Position numbers and translations under genes: made by a program. 26,081 nucleotides of DNA from a virus (taxonomy: Duplodnaviria > Caudoviricetes): positions 1 to 26,081 of the IMG/VR virus record IMGVR_UViG_3300017766_000718; one strand, 5' to 3'. Position 1 is the first letter of the stretch; each line of letters opens with the position of its first letter. Positions 8,547 through 15,645 of this stretch are shown piece by piece. The notes under the pieces were generated by a model, which was not told the DNA's origin, searched no databases, and worked only from the letters and a program-made list of their open reading frames with translations.

Positions 8547-10673
8547 ATGAAAGAAAACGCAGAGGAACACGTTAAGGTTAACGCCGAGGCAAAGACCGCT
8601 TTGGCCAAGAAGCTGAGCGATCAGTTCTTGACGTGGTCTAACGACCGTCGGGACATCGAGAAGCAGTGGCTTCGCAGCCAGCGGCAGTACAACGGCGAAT
8701 ACGACCCCGAAGTGCTGCAGCGCATGAACGCCAACCAGAGCCGCGCGTACCCGCGCATCACCCGCGTCAAGGTGGTGAGCATGGTGGCCCGCCTCATGGC
8801 GCTGCTGTTCCCCGCCGGTGAGCGCAACTGGTCCGTAAACGCCAGCCCGAAACCTGAGCTGGGCGCCGAGGCAATGAAGTCGGCGCTGCAGATGTGGGCC
8901 GCAGACAACCCGAATGCACCGTTCAACCTCGCTGAGTTCGACCGCGTCGTAGCATCGTACGCCCAGAAGTCGGCGAAACGCACAGAAGACGCACTGGCCG
9001 ACCAGCTGGCCGACCTTGGGGAGCACGGCCCGGCCGGGTACCAGACGTTGGTACGCCAAGTCGTGTATAGCGCGGTCAAATACGGCGTCGGCCTCATGAA
9101 AGGCCCGTCGACGATGGTCACTACGAAGGTCGTCGGCACGGTAATTAACAACCAACCGGTCGTCAACGAGCAGCAAACGTACCGTCCGTTCTTCGACTAC
9201 GTCGATTGCTTCAACTACTACCCCGATCTGGCTGCCAAGACGTTTGAGCAGATGGACGGGGAGTACGAGCGCCACGTTCTGAGCCGCCATCAGCTGCTGC
9301 AGCTGGCGAAGCGCAACGATTTCGACGGGGAGGCGATCCGCAAGTACGTGTCGTCCCACCCGGATGGCAACTACACGCGCAAGACGTTCGAGACGGAAGT
9401 CGCTACGTCCAGTAACGCAACGAACACGGCAATCAAGGGCAAGAAGTACGAGCTGCTTGAGTACTGGGGTTACATCAGCGGTAACGACCTGCGTAACGCC
9501 GGCGTGACGATACCTGACGAGAAGCTGGCTATGGAGCTGAGCGCCGTCATGTGGATTCTGGACGACGTCGTCGTGAAGGCCGCGGAAAACCCGCTGCCGG
9601 AAGGCGCCGCCATGTACCACAAGTTCGTGTTCGAGGAAGACGACGTCAACCTCATGGGCAACGGGCTGCCTGTAATCGTGCGCGACAGCCAGATGGGCAT
9701 CGCCAGCGCATCGCGCATGCTGATAGACAACGCCAGCGTGGTGTGCGGTCCTAACGTCGAGGTCGACTACAACCGCCTGATGGCTGGGCAGGACACAACC
9801 CTTACCCCCTTCAAGGTATGGATGATCGACTCGACGTCCGCGCCAACCGGCGGCAGGGCGGTGAGTAACGTCAGCTTCGATTCGCACATCCCAGAACTGC
9901 TGCAGGTCATCAACACGTTCATGGAGTTCGCCGACAAGGAGAGCTTCGTTAACCCGATGACAGGCGGCGACATGGAGAACGCACCGAGCGAACCGCTCCG
10001 TACGTCCAGCGGCATGTCGATGGTGATGGGCAACGCAGCCCTGCCGTTCCGCGACGTGGTCCGTAACTTCGACCGCTTCACCGTCAGCATCCTGCACTCG
10101 TTGATCGAGTGGAACCGCATATTCAACCCAGCAGCCGTGGTGCTCAGCGACGTGCGTCCGATCGGGCGCGGTGCTACATCTCTGGTAGCGAAGGAAGTCC
10201 GGGCCTTGGCGCTGGACCAGCTGGCTACTACACTACTCGACGAAGAACGCGACCATATCGACATGCGCGAACTGGCGAAACAACGGTTGATCGTCCGCGA
10301 TCTGCCGCACGAGTCGCTGATGGTGTCGGAAGAAGACGCGAACAAGACTATCGCCGACAAGCAGGCGAAGCAGGAACGCATCGAGGACCAGCAGTACCGT
10401 CTCGGCGAGGCTACAATCAAGGACACCAACGCAGACGCGGTCAAGTCTGCGGCGCAGGCGCAGAAGAACCTCACCGCCGCAGACGCCACCGTGTTCACGC
10501 AGGCACTAAACGCAATCGACAAAGGGGTGGAACCGTATGTTGTCGCTTCAGCAGCGCGACGCGCTAATTCAACAGCTATCGTCCCGCAGATCGGAGCAGA
10601 ACCTACAGCAGATGTTGGAGCTGCTGGAGGCGGATTACCGCAGGTTGCAGGACAAGATAGTTTCGCTGGATGA
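8547..10673 (+). CDS. Portal protein
   Basis: 708 aa after terL. N-terminal W...QYNGEY...SRAYPRITR, YGVGLMKGP, FNYYPD, ELLEYWG, GNGLP.IVRDSQ...R.LIDNA, RTSSGMSM and a C-terminal coiled coil, as in podovirus portals. Confidence 0.9.
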   Translation: MKENAEEHVKVNAEAKTALAKKLSDQFLTWSNDRRDIEKQWLRSQRQYNGEYDPEVLQRMNANQSRAYPRITRVKVVSMVARLMALLFPAGERNWSVNASPKPELGAEAMKSALQMWAADNPNAPFNLAEFDRVVASYAQKSAKRTEDALADQLADLGEHGPAGYQTLVRQVVYSAVKYGVGLMKGPSTMVTTKVVGTVINNQPVVNEQQTYRPFFDYVDCFNYYPDLAAKTFEQMDGEYERHVLSRHQLLQLAKRNDFDGEAIRKYVSSHPDGNYTRKTFETEVATSSNATNTAIKGKKYELLEYWGYISGNDLRNAGVTIPDEKLAMELSAVMWILDDVVVKAAENPLPEGAAMYHKFVFEEDDVNLMGNGLPVIVRDSQMGIASASRMLIDNASVVCGPNVEVDYNRLMAGQDTTLTPFKVWMIDSTSAPTGGRAVSNVSFDSHIPELLQVINTFMEFADKESFVNPMTGGDMENAPSEPLRTSSGMSMVMGNAALPFRDVVRNFDRFTVSILHSLIEWNRIFNPAAVVLSDVRPIGRGATSLVAKEVRALALDQLATTLLDEERDHIDMRELAKQRLIVRDLPHESLMVSEEDANKTIADKQAKQERIEDQQYRLGEATIKDTNADAVKSAAQAQKNLTAADATVFTQALNAIDKGVEPYVVASAARRANSTAIVPQIGAEPTADVGAAGGGLPQVAGQDSFAG

Positions 10674-10761
10674 TGTAACCGAAATGTACCGTTGTCAGGG
10701 GGAGTGCCGAGCGTATCGAACCCTGATAAACGCACTGACGAAAGTGTTACCAACGCAGTAA
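10537..10761 (+). CDS. Small helical head-associated protein (portal-scaffold intervening gene)
   Basis: 74 aa with amphipathic helices and a YRCQG..RAY..LI motif of the kind found in small genes between portal and scaffold. Purine-rich AAAGGGGTGGA upstream. Overlaps the portal 3' end. Confidence 0.65.
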   Translation: MLSLQQRDALIQQLSSRRSEQNLQQMLELLEADYRRLQDKIVSLDDVTEMYRCQGECRAYRTLINALTKVLPTQ

Positions 10762-10775
10762 CACACCGTAACCGA

Positions 10776-10804
10776 TTGACACACGCGCAAACACGGAGTA
10801 AATA
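10776..10804 (+). promoter_or_regulatory. Possible sigma70-type promoter for scaffold/capsid genes
   Basis: Perfect TTGACA (10776-10781), 17-nt spacer, then TAAATA (weak -10), in one of the few intergenic gaps. Confidence 0.35.
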
Positions 10805-10810
10805 GCAATT

Positions 10811-11695
10811 ATGAGCGAACTACCAGAAGACGATTTCAGCGCCGCATTCGGCGAAGCTACAGGCGATACACCCGTAGAAGCGGTGGCTGCACCTGCCCCC
10901 GTCGAGGAAGCAGCGCCGGCGGAAGCACCTGCAGAAGTAGCACCAGTAGCTGAAGCCCCGGCCGAAGCAGCACCAGTAGCGGAGGCACCAGTAGCTGAAG
11001 CCCCGGCGGAAGAACCGCCTGCTGCACCAGCGCACGAGCCGCTCGATCCGCAGTACTTGGCGCAAGCGATCGCGGAAGCGCAGCAGCGCATGACCGCACC
11101 GGCGCCGCAACAGCAACAAGCGCCGCGCGATCCGGCGTCGCTGACGCTGGAAGACTTCATGTCCGATGCGGACAAGGAAGCGCTTAAAGCATTTGACGCA
11201 GAGTGGGACGAAGTCGCGCCTGCAATAGATATCAAGGTTAGAGCCGCTGTACAGCTGGCACTGACCCAAGCAAGAGCACAGTGGGAAAGCCAGCTGGCGC
11301 CGATCGCGCATCAGATGCAGCGGTCGCAGGCAACTTCCCACGACGCAGCTATCTTGGCACAACACCCCGACTTGGAGTCCATCAAGCCCGGCGTCGTGCA
11401 GTGGATAGCTGGGCAGCCCGCGATCATGCGCCCAGCGCTTGAGCAAGTGGCTACTCGCGGTACGGCAGCGCAAGTAATTGAGCTGCTGGACATGTACAAA
11501 AAAGCGATTGGAGTGTCGAACGCAGCGCCAGCACCGCCAGCCTCGTCAGCCGCGCAAGGTACAGTAACACCCCCCGCCGTTTCTGCGGCAGCTGCAGCAA
11601 CCGCTGCAGTGGTAACAGGAAAACGCGGCACTGTAACAGCCCAGCCCAACGACGATGATTTCGAGTCGGCGTGGCGCGAAGCTGCAAATTCTTGA
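10811..11695 (+). CDS. Capsid scaffolding protein
   Basis: Immediately upstream of the capsid gene. Acidic, Ala/Pro/Glu-rich disordered N-terminal part, central coiled coil, terminal DDFSAAF and DDFESAW motifs. Confidence 0.8.
   Translation: MSELPEDDFSAAFGEATGDTPVEAVAAPAPVEEAAPAEAPAEVAPVAEAPAEAAPVAEAPVAEAPAEEPPAAPAHEPLDPQYLAQAIAEAQQRMTAPAPQQQQAPRDPASLTLEDFMSDADKEALKAFDAEWDEVAPAIDIKVRAAVQLALTQARAQWESQLAPIAHQMQRSQATSHDAAILAQHPDLESIKPGVVQWIAGQPAIMRPALEQVATRGTAAQVIELLDMYKKAIGVSNAAPAPPASSAAQGTVTPPAVSAAAAATAAVVTGKRGTVTAQPNDDDFESAWREAANS
10940..11007 (+). repeat. Short coding direct repeats (APVAE/APAE) in scaffold
   Basis: GCACCAGTAGCTGAAGCCCCGGC at 10940-10962 and 10985-11007, with a partial copy GCACCAGTAGC at 10970-10980. 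Confidence 0.85.
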
Positions 11696-11716
11696 ACGAC
11701 TGAGAGGTAACACAAC

Positions 11717-12751
11717 ATGGCTACTACCGTATACGGCGACATCACTCCGCGTCAGGCGGCTTTCTCCATCGCCAACATGCTGAAGCGCGCACTGCCTTTG
11801 CTGACCATCGAGAAATTCGGTCAGGCTTACAACGTGCCCAAGAACAACACACTGACCGCCAAGTGGCGCCGGTACTTCCTCACCGGTGGTACGGGTTCGT
11901 ACTCTGGTAACGCTGGTAACTACAGCATCCCGTTGGCCCTGACTGCACTGACCGAAGGCGTAACGCCTGCTGGTCGCAAGATGGCGAACAAGGACTACTC
12001 GGTTACCCTCGCCCAGTACGGTGACTTCGTTGAGTTCTCCGACGTTATCGTCGACGCTCACGAGGACATGCCTGTCCTGCTGCGCGAACTGACCGACATG
12101 CTCGGCGAGCAAATGGCCGTCACCGTTGAAACCCTGCGTTACAACGTGTTGAAAGCCGGTACCAACGTGGAATACGCCAACGGTGCAGTCCGTACCGCCG
12201 TAAACACCCCGTTGACTCTGGCTATGCAGCGTCGCGTAACCCGCTCGCTGAAGCGCCAGAACGCCATGCCGATCACGCAGGTACTGAAGTCGTCCGTGGC
12301 ATACGCCACCCAGCCGATCGAAGCCTCGTACATCGCTCTGATCCACCCGGATGTCGAGAACGATCTGCGCAGCATCACCGGCTTCATCAGTACCAAGAAC
12401 TACGCTTCCGTCACCCCGATGGAAGGCGAAGTCGGTTCGCTGGAAGACGTGCGCTACGTGCGTTCGACTGTGTTCACTCCGTTCGCTGATGGCGGCGGCG
12501 CCAAGGGCACGATGCTGTCTACCACTGGTACCAGTGCTGACGTGTATCCGATCCTGTATCTGGCACGTGACGCTTTCGGTATCGTTCCGTTGAAAGGCGA
12601 GAACACCGCGTCCGTAATGGTTGTTACTCCTAAGCCTGTCCAGACTGACCCGTTGGGCCAGCGCGGTACCGCAGGCTGGAAAGTCTGGAGCGCAACCGTT
12701 ATTCTCCAAGATGCCTTCTTGGTGCGTGGCGAAGTAGCGGCTACTGCTTAA
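11717..12751 (+). CDS. Major capsid protein, N4-gp56 family
   Basis: 344 aa. YGDITPR, KFGQ...P.N, LTEGVTP, QYG.F.E.SD, IHPD..NDL, GEVGSLEDVRY and DPLGQRGTAGWK are typical of N4-gp56-type capsids. RBS GAGG, strongly biased codons, followed by a terminator. Confidence 0.93.
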   Translation: MATTVYGDITPRQAAFSIANMLKRALPLLTIEKFGQAYNVPKNNTLTAKWRRYFLTGGTGSYSGNAGNYSIPLALTALTEGVTPAGRKMANKDYSVTLAQYGDFVEFSDVIVDAHEDMPVLLRELTDMLGEQMAVTVETLRYNVLKAGTNVEYANGAVRTAVNTPLTLAMQRRVTRSLKRQNAMPITQVLKSSVAYATQPIEASYIALIHPDVENDLRSITGFISTKNYASVTPMEGEVGSLEDVRYVRSTVFTPFADGGGAKGTMLSTTGTSADVYPILYLARDAFGIVPLKGENTASVMVVTPKPVQTDPLGQRGTAGWKVWSATVILQDAFLVRGEVAATA

Positions 12752-12766
12752 TGCAGTAAGCGACTG

Positions 12767-12793
12767 AAAACCCCGCCCTCGGCGGGGTTTTTT
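12767..12793 (+). terminator. Rho-independent terminator after the major capsid gene
   Basis: AAAACCCCGCC-CTC-GGCGGGGTTTT perfect stem-loop running into a T6 tract. Confidence 0.92.
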
Positions 12794-12807
12794 ATATGGA
12801 GAGCATT

Positions 12808-13071
12808 ATGGACTCAGTACGAATCGAGGTTGCAGACAACGGCTTTACGCTGACCTACTCTGACCCGGAGGTCGCGGAACGCAACCGCGAGAAGAACTCC
12901 GTCTATGAGGACGAACAGCGAAAGCGTGTGTACAATACAGCGGAAGCGCTACTGGCTGATCTGACGAAGTTACTGCCGCTGCTCCAAGCAGAGTGCTGTG
13001 ACGATGAGTCGGAGCCGGACGACGCTTCCGAGTTCAAACGAGCAATAGCCGAAGCCTTCAGCAAGGAGTAA
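12808..13071 (+). CDS. Small acidic hypothetical protein
   Basis: ATG 12808 has GGAGAG upstream, whereas ATG 12796 abuts the terminator. VRIEVADNGFTL motif and an acidic C-terminus. Confidence 0.7.
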   Translation: MDSVRIEVADNGFTLTYSDPEVAERNREKNSVYEDEQRKRVYNTAEALLADLTKLLPLLQAECCDDESEPDDASEFKRAIAEAFSKE

Positions 13072-13074
13072 CAC

Positions 13075-13449
13075 ATGAGCGACGTAGAAATTGATGACCT
13101 GTTTGACGCCCCCGAGGTTCCAACCCCGGCGCCACGCAAGAAAGCGGCAAAAGTAGCAGACGTGGTAGTAGCGCCTGCAGCCCACGTCGGCGGCGAGTCT
13201 GTCGCATCGCTTCGCGCGTACGGCAGCCGCAAGATCATCCTCGAACACAACGACGAGATTCCGCCCACTGGGCTGTTCGTCGCGGTAAACGGCGTTGGAT
13301 ACAACATCGTTCCCGGCAAAGAGGTGGACGTACCGATCCCGGTCATCCACGTACTGGACAACGCGATTCGTTCGCGCCCAGTGGTTGAGGAAGGGCGTAT
13401 CGTTGGGTACCAAGACTCGCTCCGTTTCTCGTACCGCAACGTAAACTGA
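13075..13449 (+). CDS. Conserved-looking virion/morphogenesis protein
   Basis: RBS AAGGAG. LFVAVNGVGYNI.PG.EV.VP..VI.VL.NA motif typical of genes following N4-gp56-type capsids. Confidence 0.7.
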   Translation: MSDVEIDDLFDAPEVPTPAPRKKAAKVADVVVAPAAHVGGESVASLRAYGSRKIILEHNDEIPPTGLFVAVNGVGYNIVPGKEVDVPIPVIHVLDNAIRSRPVVEEGRIVGYQDSLRFSYRNVN

Positions 13450-13461
13450 TGGGGGAGTAGC

Positions 13462-14175
13462 ATGAACGCACAAGAGCTGCTTGACGAGCTGCGCACCAAC
13501 ATACTGCGCGATACAACCAACGCAGTAGACGCATCGTCGGCTGACGTCTTGTGGTCAGATGCTACTCTGCTTCGGTACATCAGCGATGCGGAGAGCAAGT
13601 TCGCTCGCCGCACGCGCTGTCTACGTGACTCTACTACCACCAAGGTAGTAGAGATCACGCTGCAGGCAGGGGTGGAGTACTACCCGCTGCACGCGAGCAT
13701 TATTGGCGTGATGGGCGCGTCGTTACCTGACGTCCCGCTGCGCCGCACGATGGAAGGCACAGTCAATGGCGCACCGGCGGACATCGCGGGTGGCACGTAC
13801 GCCGCAACTAAAGGCGCTACCGGCAAGCCGATATGGTTCTCCACGGACGACGCAGTGCGTACGCTGCGCGTCGTTCCGATCCCCGACGAAGCCTGCGATG
13901 GCATACCAGTTCGCCTGCGTGTAGAGCGCCTGCCGCTGAATGCGCTGACCACGACGACGCTTACCGCGTCCCCCGAAATCCCTGTTGACTACCACCTTGA
14001 CCTCTTGGAGTGGGCTGCGTTCCGCGCGCTCCGCAACCACGACGTTGACGGTGAGAACCCACAGAAGGCAAACTCACACCGTGCCGCTTTCAATACAGCA
14101 GTTGAGGAAGTGGCGCTGGGCATAAAGATGCAGGCGCTGGCGCCTGTACAGTTTGGTGTACAAGCGAGGTACTGA
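13462..14175 (+). CDS. Head-tail adaptor / tail tubular protein A-like
   Basis: RBS GGGGAG. N-terminal helix + WSD..L..YI..AE..FAR, YYPL, P.WF, LRVVP.PD, PEIP..YH..L.EWAA.RAL, matching podovirus adaptor proteins. Confidence 0.75.
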   Translation: MNAQELLDELRTNILRDTTNAVDASSADVLWSDATLLRYISDAESKFARRTRCLRDSTTTKVVEITLQAGVEYYPLHASIIGVMGASLPDVPLRRTMEGTVNGAPADIAGGTYAATKGATGKPIWFSTDDAVRTLRVVPIPDEACDGIPVRLRVERLPLNALTTTTLTASPEIPVDYHLDLLEWAAFRALRNHDVDGENPQKANSHRAAFNTAVEEVALGIKMQALAPVQFGVQARY

Positions 14176-14177
14176 CG

Positions 14178-15629
14178 ATGGCAGGTTTGCCCGGTTACGA
14201 GCAGAAGAAAACGGTCGGGCTTCCCCTGCCAACGCAAGCCGACATCGCTGCCCGGGACGCGAACCTCGCTGCCGGGCAGCGTGTTTTGGACAAAGTGACC
14301 AGCGCGTTTACGCCAACACCAGTACCAGCGCAGCGGTCTGAGGTGTACACAGGCGTGGTCCAACGCGGGCTGCCTGCTGCGCCAGTCGCTTCGCCCGGTT
14401 ACGCCGCGTCTCCGTGGGAGCGCAACGTGCAGGCGGCAGACGACCGTGCTAAGCAAGCGTCGTTCGACGTTACTAACACGCCGGTAGTACCTGCCGCTGT
14501 AGCGCCCGCTGCGGCCGTAGAGCCACGCATGGTTATGCCCGGCGAAGCGACTGGCCCGCTGTCTGCTCAGTCACGTGGCGGTGTCACGGTAGAGCCGTTC
14601 GGCGCTGCACGTACGCTACGCGCTCCGGCTCCTGCGGTAGTGGCACCGGTTGGCGGGTTTACGTCTGTCGGCGCTGCACCGGAAGGTCCATTCGTTGACC
14701 CCGCTACTTCGCGCCGTGCGCAAGGCACCGGGGCGGATAAGTACGACTTGGCCGTTAAGCAAGCATACGACCTGCAGACACCGTTCCAACCGAACAACGT
14801 GTTCTCCGACAGTACCAGCGGCACCGGTGACCAGCACCTGCGCCCAACTGGGTGGAACGCACAGACAGGCCAAGTAAACCTGCCGACCGCACCTATGACT
14901 GGCGGCGGTGCTCCTACGTTCGGCGGTATGAACGCCACGCAGTACTTGGCCAGCATGAAGGCAAAGGACGCACAGGGACGCGTTGACGCGAACACGGCTC
15001 GTCTTGAGCGCGCACGCGAGATCGACATGAACTCCGCCCGGTACGACATCGGTCGCGCGCAGGGCATCAACGGCAACCGTATGAACGGGCAGCTGTACAA
15101 GTCTGCCAACCAGCAACTAGCGGCGCTCGAAGCGTCGCGCGTGGCGGACAACCTGAACACGACAGAGCTGGCCAAGACCGACGCGTTGGTGGCCGGCGAC
15201 CTGCAGAAAGCAGACATCGCGGGAAGCTACGGACTGCAGCAAGCGGACATCACAGGTCGCTACGGCATGATGGGCGACTACGCTACCGCCGAGGCAGCCG
15301 GTTCCGTGGCTCAGGCTGGGATAGACAAGGCACGCATCGCGGCGGACGGCGTTGTCCGCGCCGCTGGCGTTAAGAACGCGCCGACGCCGAAGGACATACA
15401 GGAAGCTATCCGCCTCCAGCTGCTCAATAACCAGATAGTCGGCGCGTTGGGCGTGGGCAATACCAACGATGCTAACGCGTTGCTGGTAGGACAGCTGCCA
15501 CCGGGTGGGAAGGTAACCGCGAGCCCAGACGGAAGTGGCGTGATATTTACGGACGCGGCGGGGAACGTGCGGCTACTATCCCCGAGCGAAGTAGAAGCCA
15601 TGCAGCTGAACCGCGCCTCCCAACTATAA
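14178..15629 (+). CDS. Putative internal virion (ejection) protein
   Basis: 483 aa, Ala/Gly/Pro/Gln-rich, with a low-complexity N-terminal half and helical C-terminal half. Lies between the adaptor and the giant internal protein. RBS GAGG. Confidence 0.55.
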   Translation: MAGLPGYEQKKTVGLPLPTQADIAARDANLAAGQRVLDKVTSAFTPTPVPAQRSEVYTGVVQRGLPAAPVASPGYAASPWERNVQAADDRAKQASFDVTNTPVVPAAVAPAAAVEPRMVMPGEATGPLSAQSRGGVTVEPFGAARTLRAPAPAVVAPVGGFTSVGAAPEGPFVDPATSRRAQGTGADKYDLAVKQAYDLQTPFQPNNVFSDSTSGTGDQHLRPTGWNAQTGQVNLPTAPMTGGGAPTFGGMNATQYLASMKAKDAQGRVDANTARLERAREIDMNSARYDIGRAQGINGNRMNGQLYKSANQQLAALEASRVADNLNTTELAKTDALVAGDLQKADIAGSYGLQQADITGRYGMMGDYATAEAAGSVAQAGIDKARIAADGVVRAAGVKNAPTPKDIQEAIRLQLLNNQIVGALGVGNTNDANALLVGQLPPGGKVTASPDGSGVIFTDAAGNVRLLSPSEVEAMQLNRASQL

Positions 15630-15645
15630 AGTCAAGGAACCACAG

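Noticed and set aside
8421-10097. 558-aa minus-strand ORF, and other long antisense ORFs (4938-6239, 11546-12709, 18802-20052, 21814-23007)
   Set aside because: These are shadow ORFs opposite well-supported + strand genes, expected from GC-rich codon bias. They show no recognisable motifs.
11717-12751. Assigning the phage to the N4-like group because of the capsid family
   Set aside because: The giant gene shows PLxRFG/metallopeptidase features and no virion RNA polymerase motifs that I can recognise, and the gene order differs from N4. N4-gp56-type capsids occur more widely.
12740-12765. Programmed frameshift or read-through extension of the capsid protein
   Set aside because: There is no slippery heptamer before the stop, and in-frame read-through meets another TAA two codons later (TAA TGC AGT AAG is open, but the terminator follows immediately and no extension domain is evident).
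12796-12807. ATG 12796 as start of the post-capsid gene
   Set aside because: Its RBS region would be the terminator stem/U-tract. ATG 12808 has GGAGAG at suitable spacing.
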